Origin: an uncultured Bryobacterales bacterium
Lineage (GTDB): Bacteria > Acidobacteriota > Terriglobia > Bryobacterales > Bryobacteraceae
Assembly: GCA_937959285.1 (NCBI GenBank)
Contig: CALGAR010000018.1
Location: forward strand, 40,103 to 104,102
DNA length: 64,000 nt
Reading direction: 5' to 3'
Part shown: positions 9,704 to 18,921 of the stretch, one piece after another
Position numbering within the stretch: the first letter of the stretch is position 1
Layout of the letters: each line of letters opens with the position of its first letter
Translations under genes and position numbers: made by a program
Notes under the pieces: model-generated
What the model saw: the letters and a program-made list of their open reading frames with translations, nothing else
Told to the model about the DNA's origin: nothing
Databases searched by the model: none

Positions 9704-9950
9704 GAGGTCCTCCTTGAATGGCGGGTTCGGTGTAAACGGCGCATGATGCGAAACATCCCGGCTTCAGGATAAGGCAGGTCAAGGGGGCATCCCATACCCC
9801 CGACCCGGGAGCTACGGCGGAAAAGGGGAGTAGAAGATTTCTTGTCTGACCATAAGGCGGAAACACCCCGCAACGTGTTGTGACAGCAAGCTACAATCCG
9901 GTTCGTGCTACAACAGAAGCTTTGGGAGGCTTCATATCGTCAAGATCTGT

Positions 9951-10718
9951 GTGCTCGCCAGCAGTAGTTCCGGCAACTGTACATTTCTCGGCACGGAACG
10001 CACCCGGATTCTCATCGATGCAGGGCTGAGCCGCCGGGAAACATTTGCCCGTCTGGCCGCGATTGGCGAGGACCCCGGAAAGCTCGATGCGATCGTCGTG
10101 ACGCATGAGCACTCCGATCATGTCGCCGGTCTCGTTGCCCTGGCGCGCCCGTCCAAAAGCGGGCGGCGGTTGCCTGTCTATCTCTCAAAACTCACTGCAC
10201 CGGCGATTTCCTGGGAATCCTGCGAACCGCACGTCGAGACCTTTCAAGCTGGCGCGGGCTTCACGATCGGCGATATTACGATCGAAAGCTTCACGATCCC
10301 TCATGATGCCGTGGATCCTGTCGGATTCACCTTCCGGGCCGAGGGGGTGAAGATCGGGGTTGCGATGGATATGGGCTACATGCCGGATTCCATCAAAGTG
10401 CACCTGCGATCGTGCGATTTTCTGATTCTTGAATCAAATCACGACGTCGAGATGTTGAAAGTGGGGCCGTATCCGTGGTCGCTCAAACAGCGCGTGATGG
10501 GGCGAAAGGGACATCTTTCGAACGACACGGTCTGCGACTACATTGCCGAAAATCTTGACGGGACGACCGGGACGCTCGTTCTCAGTCACCTGAGCGAGCA
10601 GAACAATCATCCGGAGATCGTACGTCTAGTGGCGTCGCAGGCGCTCGAGCGCCGCGGCCTGAAGACCCGGCTCGTCGTCGCTGAGCCTCGCCTGCAAACC
10701 GAGGTATTTCAACTCTGA
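9951..10718 (+). CDS. MBL-fold metallo-hydrolase (YycJ-like)
   Basis: THEHSDH motif. The N-terminus aligns with VLGSGSSGN-type starts. The true start may be the in-frame ATC at 9936 (see findings). Confidence 0.8.
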   Translation: MLASSSSGNCTFLGTERTRILIDAGLSRRETFARLAAIGEDPGKLDAIVVTHEHSDHVAGLVALARPSKSGRRLPVYLSKLTAPAISWESCEPHVETFQAGAGFTIGDITIESFTIPHDAVDPVGFTFRAEGVKIGVAMDMGYMPDSIKVHLRSCDFLILESNHDVEMLKVGPYPWSLKQRVMGRKGHLSNDTVCDYIAENLDGTTGTLVLSHLSEQNNHPEIVRLVASQALERRGLKTRLVVAEPRLQTEVFQL

Positions 10719-10746
10719 GGCCGCGCGCCTGATTGGAATCCAGTTT

Positions 10747-12054
10747 ATGATAGCCCGCTATACCAGGCCTGAGATGGGCCGCATTTGGAGCGATGAGAAT
10801 AAGTACCGTCAGTGGCTGGAGGTGGAACTAGCCGCCTCGGAGGCGCTGGCTGAGCTCGGAGAAGTACCGAGGGAAGCAGCACATCTCCTTCGAGCCCATG
10901 CAGGATTCCGTGTCGAGCGCATTCTCGAGATCGAGCGCGAGGTCAGGCACGACGTCATCGCCTTCACGACTGCTGTTGCCGAAACGATGGCTGCGGCCGG
11001 ACATGCCGAAGCATCGCGCTGGCTGCACTACGGATTGACCTCGAATGATGTGGTCGATACGGCTCAGGCGCTCCAGATCAAACAGGCTTCGGCGCTTCTG
11101 CTCGAGTCGCTGGGCAAGCTTACCGAAAGCCTGAAAAGCCGTGCCATGGAGCACAAGCACACCGTACAGGTCGGACGGACGCACGGCGTTCATGCGGAGC
11201 CGATTACCTTCGGCTTGAAACTCGCGCTGTGGTATGACGAGGCGCGGAGGAACCAGCAGCGTCTCCAGGCGGCGGCCGAGGAGATGCGGGTAGGGAAGAT
11301 TTCCGGCGCCGTCGGGACGTTCGCGCACATCGGTCCCGAGGCGGAAGAACGAATCTGCGAAAAGCTTGGACTCCGGCCCGCTCCAATCAGCTCGCAGGTG
11401 CTGTCCAGAGACCGCCACGCCAACTATCTCTCGGTCCTGGCTCTGGTCGCCGCGCTCTGCGAGAAGATCGCCCTTGAGGTGCGGCACTGCCAGCGTACGG
11501 AGGTTCGCGAGCTGGAAGAGCCTTTCGCCGCGGGCCAAAAAGGCAGTTCGGCGATGCCCCACAAGCGGAATCCCGTCACCGCAGAACAGATCTGCGGGCT
11601 GGCGCGCGTGGTGCGGTCGAACGTGCAGGCTGCCTACGAGAATATTTCCCTCTGGCATGAGCGCGATATCTCCCACTCGTCAGTGGAGCGGGTCATCCTG
11701 CCGGATTCTACGATCCTGGTTGATTATCTGCTCGCGAAAACGGAGTGGCTCGTGAGCGGCATGGTGGTGAACGTGGAACGAATGAAGCGGAATCTCGAGT
11801 CGACTCACGGACTGATCTTTTCCGGGCAGCTTCTGTTGGACCTCGCTGCGGCAGGAATGCTTCGGGAGCAGGCGTATCGGGTGGTGCAGGCGCACGCGAT
11901 GAAGGCGTGGCACGAGGATGGGGATTTTCGGGCTGCTATCGAGGCGGATCCGGAGATTGCCCGCTACCTGAGCCGCGATCAGATCGCCGAGGCGTTCTCG
12001 CTGGAGAGGCAGCTGCGCAACGTCGACAAGATCTTCGATCGTGTTTTCCAATAA
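10747..12054 (+). CDS. purB: Adenylosuccinate lyase
   Basis: The N-terminus MIARYTRPEMGRIWSDENKYRQWLEVELA and the SSAMPHKRNP signature are characteristic of PurB. Confidence 0.92.
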   Translation: MIARYTRPEMGRIWSDENKYRQWLEVELAASEALAELGEVPREAAHLLRAHAGFRVERILEIEREVRHDVIAFTTAVAETMAAAGHAEASRWLHYGLTSNDVVDTAQALQIKQASALLLESLGKLTESLKSRAMEHKHTVQVGRTHGVHAEPITFGLKLALWYDEARRNQQRLQAAAEEMRVGKISGAVGTFAHIGPEAEERICEKLGLRPAPISSQVLSRDRHANYLSVLALVAALCEKIALEVRHCQRTEVRELEEPFAAGQKGSSAMPHKRNPVTAEQICGLARVVRSNVQAAYENISLWHERDISHSSVERVILPDSTILVDYLLAKTEWLVSGMVVNVERMKRNLESTHGLIFSGQLLLDLAAAGMLREQAYRVVQAHAMKAWHEDGDFRAAIEADPEIARYLSRDQIAEAFSLERQLRNVDKIFDRVFQ

Positions 12055-12216
12055 TTAGCACTGGAAATACAAACGTTCCCGAGTCTGTTTCTACTTCTGT
12101 AGTGGCAAATTCTGGGATTGTTTTGTGGCAGTTTGGGTTACACTGGAAGCGACGTGAGACCGACCGAGCAGTTTGTGGATTCTGTTGAGTTTACGGAGGA
12201 GGCCGAGAAAAGGCCT

Positions 12217-12639
12217 TTGGCGCTGGCGCGAGTGCTGCTGGCGGACGACAATCCGGCTTCCCGATTAACCTTGCAGACGGTCCTGCAGGCTGGCGGTTAT
12301 CATGTTGACACAGTCGCCTCCGCGGCGGAAGCCGTTGAGCGGCTTGAAGAGCACGAGTATGAACTCGTGCTGAGTGATCTGAGCATGGAGATGCCGGAGT
12401 CCGGGCTGAAGGTTCTGGCTCATGCCCGGATGATGCGCTACAAGCCGGCTACCGCGCTCATTACCACGTATCAGAATGACAGCATTCAGCCCGATTGGGC
12501 AGTCGGCGAGCGCGAGCTTCTGATTGAGCCGGAGGATGTCCCGGAACTGCTTGATAAGGTGGCGAATCTGATCAGCGAACGGGCATTGAAGCGCGTCCGT
12601 CGGGAACTCCGCCTTGCCGGCGAACGCCTTGCAGGTTAA
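12217..12639 (+). CDS. Stand-alone response regulator receiver protein
   Basis: RVLLADD acidic pocket and LVLSDLSM phospho-acceptor Asp region. The start is uncertain: the ORF opens at 12118, and the TTG at 12217 gives a typical N-terminus. Confidence 0.7.
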   Translation: MALARVLLADDNPASRLTLQTVLQAGGYHVDTVASAAEAVERLEEHEYELVLSDLSMEMPESGLKVLAHARMMRYKPATALITTYQNDSIQPDWAVGERELLIEPEDVPELLDKVANLISERALKRVRRELRLAGERLAG

Positions 12640-12643
12640 GTCG

Positions 12644-13765
12644 CTAGTCGCCTGAGACGCGGCGCTCGGCAAGCCTTTCACTTGCGGCCCAGCTGCGAAG
12701 GCCGTCCACCCAGCTCCTGAACGAAGCTTTCCACTTTGTCTGAGCAATCGAGAGCGCAAGCATTGCCAGAATGACGACGATGGCGACGGCCAGCGTCTGC
12801 GGAACTGTTAGCGATTCTTTCCAGCTTCCCATCCAGCGGCCGTACACCAGTTCGATGTGAACCCAGTAGACGATGAGTGAGGTCGTCCCTAACTGGCGTA
12901 CCCAGCTCCACCTCTGGACGGACTCCTGCTGGCACCAGAGGTAGGCGAAGGCAGCGATGAGAAGAATCACCCCGACTTTAATAAACACGAGTGCCGGGCT
13001 GTTCAGCCAGAATTCCGATTTTTGATAGAGAGAGTACGGGATTTCCGCAAAGTAGCGGCCGCCAAGGATCAGGCCGAAACCCATAATGGCCGCCCATTGC
13101 ATGAGCCTCGCCAAATCCACGGGTTGCGGGAGGCGCAGCAGGCTTCCGGCGCTCACGCCAAAGGCGACGAAGGCGGCCCATGGAAAGAAGCTGAATGTCT
13201 GATAATCCGGGACCAGGTAGGCCGCCAGGAAAGGATGGACGGATGACCAGTCGAGGCCCGAGATGATTGGCGACGCCGCCGCGATGCCGATTCCAACAAG
13301 AAGGGCAACGCGTACACGCTCTGCGGCGCTGAGAACGCTCGTCAGCGACATCACTCCAACCGCAAGCGCCATGCAGTTCAGAATGTCCACCTTGAAGAGG
13401 TCCGTCCACGGGCTGTACGGCCACGCGAAAAGCCACAGTTGGAGGCGAAAGAGAAACGCAAGTGTCAGAAGGTATCCGGCGCGCCGAAGCGCCGCGCGGA
13501 TGCGGCCCAGCGGCGGAACTCCTTGCCGTGCCCGGCTCTCCATCAGGAAAGCCAGGGTGACACCGGTGAGAAACAGAAAAATGGCGGGCGTGATCCCGCC
13601 GACGAACTGGGACAGGATATAGGGAGCATCCTGCCGAAGTTCTTTCGCAGTCAGTGAATGAAAGACGTGCCCTTGCAGCATGATCACGGCTGCAAGGCCT
13701 CGGGTCCAATCGAGAAAGGCCAAGCGCCCTGAAGAGTGAGTTGGCGGTTGAGGAGCGCTAGGCAT
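12644..13765 (-). CDS. Membrane acyltransferase-like protein (DUF1624 / heparan-alpha-glucosaminide N-acetyltransferase-like)
   Basis: The RLAFLDWTRGLAAVIMLQGHVFH N-terminal motif and about 10 transmembrane helices. Family assigned from memory. Confidence 0.6.
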   Translation of the reverse strand: MPSAPQPPTHSSGRLAFLDWTRGLAAVIMLQGHVFHSLTAKELRQDAPYILSQFVGGITPAIFLFLTGVTLAFLMESRARQGVPPLGRIRAALRRAGYLLTLAFLFRLQLWLFAWPYSPWTDLFKVDILNCMALAVGVMSLTSVLSAAERVRVALLVGIGIAAASPIISGLDWSSVHPFLAAYLVPDYQTFSFFPWAAFVAFGVSAGSLLRLPQPVDLARLMQWAAIMGFGLILGGRYFAEIPYSLYQKSEFWLNSPALVFIKVGVILLIAAFAYLWCQQESVQRWSWVRQLGTTSLIVYWVHIELVYGRWMGSWKESLTVPQTLAVAIVVILAMLALSIAQTKWKASFRSWVDGLRSWAASERLAERRVSGD

Positions 13766-13778
13766 CGGCAGGAATTAG

Positions 13779-14492
13779 CTACCGCTGAGGGTATTCCTTC
13801 TTGACATTCTTCGGCAATTTCAACTTCACGCTCTCTGCCGTCAGGCTGGGATTCAGCTTGATGTCCGAATACGTGATCAGGTAGTAATCCTTGGACGGCT
13901 GATGGATCTTTTGCTGAACCGGGTGTCCCTGCTCGGAAATCCATAGCTCTACCCGAGCAATGTGCTGGCGGGCCTCTTTGGATTTCGGTATCAGCTCCAA
14001 ACGGGAAGCAGGGGCGCCTTCCACAACATCCTCTCCGATGTACTTCACGTCGTAGTGACGCAACAGTTCGGGAGTAGACGTTCCAAAGCCGAGCAGTAGA
14101 GCCTGGTCAACGAGGGCTCCCTGCTTGCCGAGGTCGTACTCCTGCACAGTGTTGATCTTCGGGTAGAAGATCTGCCACTTGCGATTCATGTAAGAGACCG
14201 ACTTCTGATCGGGCTCCCGAATCTCAACGAGCATCTGAATGTCGCGCGGCTTCGGACGGCGTATGAGGATGGTGCCGCTCTCTGAGGTTGTCTCGTTCAG
14301 AACCGCGGTGAAGCTAACGCGCCGGAGATTTGCCGAGAGCGCATTGAACTTCGCCGCTGACTGATCCATCCTGGCCAGCACGGCATCAATTCCGTTCGTG
14401 GCTGCAAATCCGGTAAGGGAAAAGGCGCAAACAAGCGCGGGTGCGATTAGAAAGGAAAAACGCATCAGGCTTCCGTTCCGCAGTGCCGTCAC
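13779..14492 (-). CDS. LolA-like outer-membrane lipoprotein carrier/sorting protein
   Basis: Signal peptide plus a beta-rich protein of about 210 aa. GTGA overlap with the upstream gene. An alternative ATG at 14465 gives a cleaner signal peptide (MRFSFLIAPALV). Confidence 0.5.
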   Translation of the reverse strand: MTALRNGSLMRFSFLIAPALVCAFSLTGFAATNGIDAVLARMDQSAAKFNALSANLRRVSFTAVLNETTSESGTILIRRPKPRDIQMLVEIREPDQKSVSYMNRKWQIFYPKINTVQEYDLGKQGALVDQALLLGFGTSTPELLRHYDVKYIGEDVVEGAPASRLELIPKSKEARQHIARVELWISEQGHPVQQKIHQPSKDYYLITYSDIKLNPSLTAESVKLKLPKNVKKEYPQR

Positions 14493-14824
14493 GGTCGGGT
14501 GTAGGCCATGAAGCCTCGAAGTTCGTTCTCGGAGTCGACGAGGGGTTCGAGCCGCACGAGGCGCTGGCGCTTCTCCCGCCGGATCACGTCGCTGGCTTTC
14601 TCGAATCGCTTGTCTTCCGGTACCCCGGCAAGCAGGCTCGGCTCTACCCAGTGCACGCTTGTTCCGGCCTCAGCCGGAAGGGTCACTACGCCGCTGTTCG
14701 GTTGCCGGGGCCGATCCCGGAACCATTCTCGAGGCGTGAGGAACACAAAGGCGAGGATGAGTATGACCATCACGTCGTACTGCCAGCTTGCTCGAGGATA
14801 GTCCCACAATACGAAGCGCTTCAT
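14489..14824 (-). CDS. Small membrane-anchored hypothetical protein
   Basis: One transmembrane helix (VMVILILAFVFL). Codon usage looks coding. Overlaps the downstream gene by 4 nt. Confidence 0.55.
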   Translation of the reverse strand: MKRFVLWDYPRASWQYDVMVILILAFVFLTPREWFRDRPRQPNSGVVTLPAEAGTSVHWVEPSLLAGVPEDKRFEKASDVIRREKRQRLVRLEPLVDSENELRGFMAYTRP

Positions 14825-14952
14825 TCCATCGCCCGAATACAGAACCAGCTTACCACGATCACGTTGGGAGTTCCGCGTCGGCGCTGCTTATGCCATTTAG
14901 ACGACTAGCCGCCTGTGTATCGTTTCCTTAAGCTGCCTTTACTTTTGAAGAT

Positions 14953-16620
14953 TCAGCCTGCGAATTCGCAAACAAGGCACGTCATGTCATCGCTTTGGGG
15001 GGTGCCGCCGGTGAACTCTTCCACGCCTGAGAGAATCGCTTCCACCAGGCGGGAGCAATCAGCTTGCGCCGTCCGTTCGAGCAGCTTTCTTACGCGGCGG
15101 ACCTCGAAGAATTCACCTTTCACGTTCTGCGCTTCGGTGATTCCGTCCGTGAAAACCACCAGTTTCTCGCCGGACCCGAGTCTTGTTTCCTTCACGGTAA
15201 ACTCTGCCTGCGGAAGCAGCCCGAGGGGCATACCGGTTGGATCCAGAGATTCCAGGCGGTTCGGACGGAGAATGATTGGCGCGCAATGGCCGGCATTGGT
15301 CCAGCGCAGAACGCCATCGCGATTCAGTAAGCCGAAAAAGGCAGTCGCATACTTTTCGCCGCCCGTGCGCTCGTGGAGGAACAAATTGATGCGCTGCATC
15401 ATGTCATCAGCCTGCAGGGGCCCCTCGGTTCCAAGCAGGAATGCTCCCTGCAGCAGGGCCGCGAGTAGAGCGGCACTTACGCCTTTGCCGGAAACGTCGG
15501 CCATGATCACAGCCCAGCAGTCATCGTTGACCCGGCGCACATCCACGTAATCTCCGCCGACGGCGTGCGAGGGAATACTACGAGCGACTGCGCGAAACCA
15601 GCCGTCTTGAGGGAGGTCTTTCGGGAGCAGACTCATCTGGATCTCGCGAGCGATATCCAGTTCCTCCTCGAGACGCTGCCTCTGCCGCTCCTGTTCGAGC
15701 AGACGCGCATTCTCGAGGATCGTCGACGCTTCGAGCGCCAGCGTCTGTAACAGTTCGCGGTTGCCGGAGGAGAGATCAGCCGCACCGATACGGGAATCCA
15801 TGTACAGCAAGCCCGCTGTCTGGTTGTTCGCGGCGATGGTCATGGTTTCATCGCCTGTCATAGTAGGCAGGCGAATCAGCGGAACGCAGACAACGCTGCG
15901 CAACTCCAGATTCAGAACGCTTCGATCTGCCTGATCCTCCGCGCTAGCCGGATCGAAGTTCATCGAAAGCAGCTCACGGCGCTGCTGGAGCGCCCGGTTA
16001 ATGAGGCGAGTGGGGACCCGCAAATCTGTAGGTGGCAGCGGTGAGCCATGGCGATCCCGCGCGACGCGAACCTGGAGGTCATCTCCTTCCCGAAGCAGCA
16101 GGAATCCCCGCTCGGAGCCCGTCACGGCGAGCGCGGCATTGACGACGGCTGCCAGTACGTCATCGACAGAGAGGGAAGTCTGGAGGGCCCGAGCGACCTC
16201 CATTAGCGCCCGCAGCTTACCCAGGTTTCCGGTGGCGGGCCGCCCTGGAATTTCCAGGTGCTCGATAAGGCGGCTGAGCTCGCCTTCCTCGTGGGTGAAG
16301 ACCAGGTGGTAGGAGTCCGCGATGCCGAATTCGATCCGGTCCGCGTTGCGAAGAAGCTGGCGGCGGATGCGGCGGCCGTTTACGTAGAGACCGTGCGTGC
16401 TGTCCAGATCTTCGAGCACATAGCCCTCGCGTTCGAGGACGATGCGACCATGCGTGCGCGAGACGCGATTATCGCGCACCACGAGGTGATTGTCCGGGTG
16501 ACGGCCAATGAGAAACGGAAGAGGATGGATAGGAACGCGGCTCCGGTTTCCCGCTGGATTCACCACCACGAGCGCTGCCGGATGTGGGGCGAATCCGCGC
16601 GACGGCTCCGCGCCGGTCAT
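14953..16620 (-). CDS. FHA-GAF-PP2C (SpoIIE-type) serine/threonine phosphatase
   Basis: FHA domain (FLIGRHPDNHLVV...SRTHGRI...DLDSTHGLYVNG), a central GAF-like region, and a C-terminal SpoIIE/PP2C domain (GGDYVDV, ADVSGKG, FTDGITEA). Start set to the ATG at 16620, which forms ATGA with the Fur-family stop. Confidence 0.85.
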   Translation of the reverse strand: MTGAEPSRGFAPHPAALVVVNPAGNRSRVPIHPLPFLIGRHPDNHLVVRDNRVSRTHGRIVLEREGYVLEDLDSTHGLYVNGRRIRRQLLRNADRIEFGIADSYHLVFTHEEGELSRLIEHLEIPGRPATGNLGKLRALMEVARALQTSLSVDDVLAAVVNAALAVTGSERGFLLLREGDDLQVRVARDRHGSPLPPTDLRVPTRLINRALQQRRELLSMNFDPASAEDQADRSVLNLELRSVVCVPLIRLPTMTGDETMTIAANNQTAGLLYMDSRIGAADLSSGNRELLQTLALEASTILENARLLEQERQRQRLEEELDIAREIQMSLLPKDLPQDGWFRAVARSIPSHAVGGDYVDVRRVNDDCWAVIMADVSGKGVSAALLAALLQGAFLLGTEGPLQADDMMQRINLFLHERTGGEKYATAFFGLLNRDGVLRWTNAGHCAPIILRPNRLESLDPTGMPLGLLPQAEFTVKETRLGSGEKLVVFTDGITEAQNVKGEFFEVRRVRKLLERTAQADCSRLVEAILSGVEEFTGGTPQSDDMTCLVCEFAG

Positions 16621-17141
16621 GTCCGGCGGGAGCGGCTCCGTGCGCCAGGAAGCGCCGCTTCCTCCGTCTCGGCGGCCTCTGCCGCCTCCTGGGCCTCGCG
16701 AGAGCGCAGGACCTGGCAATGCGCGCAGTATCCTCCGATCTCGGTTCGGGCGGTCAGAATCTCAAATCCGAAGTGCGCTTCGACCTGCCGGCGGAGCTTC
16801 TGCAACGGCTCGCCGAAAAATTCCTCCACGCGGCCGCACCGTAGGCAGATGACGTGAGCGTGCTCCTGCTTCATCCGGGTTTCGTAGTAGTGCTGATCAC
16901 CCTCGTAGTGCATGAGATCGAGTTCGTCGATCAGCCCTCCTACTTTTAACAGCTTGAGTGTCCGGTAGACAGTGACGCGGTTGAGCTTCGGGTCAATCTC
17001 CTTCGCCATCTGGTAAAGGTGCTCGGCGTCCAGGTGCTCGCCCGACTTATCAATGAGATCAAGCAGGATCTGGCGCTGCCGTGTGAGGCGAATACCCCGC
17101 CGCTTCAGCGAACTCTTGATGTCGTCGCTGTGCTTTACCAT
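16617..17141 (-). CDS. Fur-family transcriptional regulator
   Basis: Winged-helix N-terminus (LTRQRQILLDLI) and the metal/Zn sites HAHVICLRCGRVEEF and CAHC. It has an unusual acidic/Ala-rich C-terminal tail. Start set to the ATG at 17141, downstream of GGAGG. Confidence 0.85.
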   Translation of the reverse strand: MVKHSDDIKSSLKRRGIRLTRQRQILLDLIDKSGEHLDAEHLYQMAKEIDPKLNRVTVYRTLKLLKVGGLIDELDLMHYEGDQHYYETRMKQEHAHVICLRCGRVEEFFGEPLQKLRRQVEAHFGFEILTARTEIGGYCAHCQVLRSREAQEAAEAAETEEAALPGARSRSRRT

Positions 17142-17271
17142 CGTCCCGATCGCCTCCAACCCCGGGCTATATACATTTGTTGCATCTCAAGAAAAAAGCG
17201 TGTTGGCTCACGCCCTGCGTAGTGTTCCGATAATCTATGACTGTACCATGGCCGGCCGCCTTGGCTGAGTC

Positions 17272-17295
17272 GAACCGGATGGCCTGCAGTGCGTA
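17272..17295 (+). promoter_or_regulatory. Candidate ECF-type promoter (GAAC-N16-CGTA)
   Basis: GAAC at 17272-17275 and CGTA at 17292-17295 are separated by a 16-nt spacer, about 25 nt upstream of the sigma-factor GTG start. Confidence 0.35.
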
Positions 17296-17320
17296 TTCTG
17301 AGTATTTATAGCAGGATTTT

Positions 17321-17866
17321 GTGAGCGAGAAAGGTACAACAGGCGAGCAGATTTCCGGTTCCTTGGCCGCATCTGAGGAACTGCTCTGCCGCCTGCGTGA
17401 AAGGATCGTGGGATTTGCGGCATCCCGCTATTCCAGGGAAGCCGCAGAGGATCTGGCGCAGGAAGTTCTGATGGTCCTTCACGATAGGTACAGCCACGTA
17501 ACGAAGATCGAAGAGCTTCTTCCGCTCTCCCTCCAGATCCTGCGCTTCAAAATCATTACTCTCCAACGAAAGGCCGCGGTACGCCGCGAAGCAGCGGACG
17601 TCCCGGTGGACGACCTCCCGTTGTCAAGTGGAGATCTGGATCCGGAACGGCTCTTTGCACGCAAAGAGATGCTCAAGCGTTTGCAGGACGCGGTCTCCAA
17701 GATGGGGACTCGCTGCCGGCAGATCTTCCGAATGAAGCTCGAAGGGCGAACCTTTGAGGAGATTCGGGTGAGCATGGGTGTGAAGGCCATCAATACTATC
17801 TACACGTGGGATTTCCGCTGCCGCAAAGAATTGCTCGACCGGATGGGAGGCCGATGGGAGAAATGA
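17321..17866 (+). CDS. ECF-type RNA polymerase sigma factor
   Basis: Region 2-like AEDLAQEVLMVLHDRY and region 4 helix-turn-helix (RTFEEIRVSMGVKAINTIY). GTG start. Confidence 0.8.
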   Translation: MSEKGTTGEQISGSLAASEELLCRLRERIVGFAASRYSREAAEDLAQEVLMVLHDRYSHVTKIEELLPLSLQILRFKIITLQRKAAVRREAADVPVDDLPLSSGDLDPERLFARKEMLKRLQDAVSKMGTRCRQIFRMKLEGRTFEEIRVSMGVKAINTIYTWDFRCRKELLDRMGGRWEK

Positions 17867-18831
17867 AGCGCGAGCAGGCAGAAAAGCTTCTGGGCGGATA
17901 CGCCGCGGGCAATCTGACGGAGGAAGAACGCGCGCTTCTGTTCGCTGCGGCACTCGAAGACCAGCGGCTTTTCGACGCTCTCGCCGAGGAGGAAGCTCTT
18001 CGTGAAGTGCTTGCGGATCCCGCCGTCCGCCGCCAGTTATTGAATGCGCTACCGGAAGCTAACCGGAAGCCATCCTTGATCCCGTGGCTGCGGCCGCGGT
18101 TCGTACTCGCCGCAAGCCTGATCGTCGTGGGTCTTACAACCTTCATTGTTCTCGACCGCGCCCGGCAATCTCCGGAGCAAACCCAAATCGTGGATGCCCG
18201 GACCGCTGCATCGAAAACCGCGGCGCCAATTGAATCGGCTGACGGTCGAAGCGAACGCCAGCAGAAAACAACTGCTGCTCCAGAGCCTCCCGAAGCGGCT
18301 CCGCTCCGCGCAGCCCGGCGGCCGGAAGCGGCAAGACAGTCCGTGGACACCGCGGCTGCGCCGGACGCGGTAGCCTTGTCGGCGCCGGCCGAGGCCTTAC
18401 GGGCACCGGCTCGACCGGTACAGCCTCAACAGATGACAGTCCGGTACACGCTCGCTGCGCTGCGCTCGGACGGCAGTCTGGAGCCTCTCAACGATCAGCC
18501 GAAGTCGATCGACGCGTTGCATCTCACCGTGGAGGCAAGTCCTCCGGGCTACATTTACGTCCTGCGCACAGGCTCGAACGGGACAGTCCTGGTAACGCCG
18601 GTGTCCAGCCTCGCCGGGCCAGGAGGCACGCGGCAGGCGTCCTACTCGCTGCGGGAAGGCTCTGCAGGATCGATCCACGTGTACGTCACGCGCACGGCCG
18701 AATCGGACCCTCAAACCCTGCTGTCCCGTCACCCGGAACCCTCGGGCGCTCCGACCGCCATGGGCCAGGCGTGGCGGCTTACCGCTCCGGCTGACACGCA
18801 ATTGCTGCACGTCGCCATTCCCGTTCGCTGA
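17863..18831 (+). CDS. Anti-sigma factor-like membrane protein
   Basis: ATGA overlap with the sigma-factor stop. N-terminal helical domain, a single transmembrane helix (FVLAASLIVVGLTTFIVL), a Pro/Ala-rich linker, and a beta-rich C-terminal domain. An alternative start is the ATG at 17854. Confidence 0.7.
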   Translation: MKREQAEKLLGGYAAGNLTEEERALLFAAALEDQRLFDALAEEEALREVLADPAVRRQLLNALPEANRKPSLIPWLRPRFVLAASLIVVGLTTFIVLDRARQSPEQTQIVDARTAASKTAAPIESADGRSERQQKTTAAPEPPEAAPLRAARRPEAARQSVDTAAAPDAVALSAPAEALRAPARPVQPQQMTVRYTLAALRSDGSLEPLNDQPKSIDALHLTVEASPPGYIYVLRTGSNGTVLVTPVSSLAGPGGTRQASYSLREGSAGSIHVYVTRTAESDPQTLLSRHPEPSGAPTAMGQAWRLTAPADTQLLHVAIPVR

Positions 18832-18921
18832 TCGTTGAATCTCCGCTGAAAGGAAAGTTCCAAACGAGACATTCCTCTTACGAAGAGCCGGGTTATGTTT
18901 CCCCGGCTGGGAGGAAGAACA

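Noticed and set aside
17227-17245. Fur-box-like GATAATCTATGAC in the fur/ECF divergent region
   Set aside because: Only one GATAAT hexamer matches. The second half-site of the 7-1-7 or 19-bp consensus is missing. That is not enough to call an operator.
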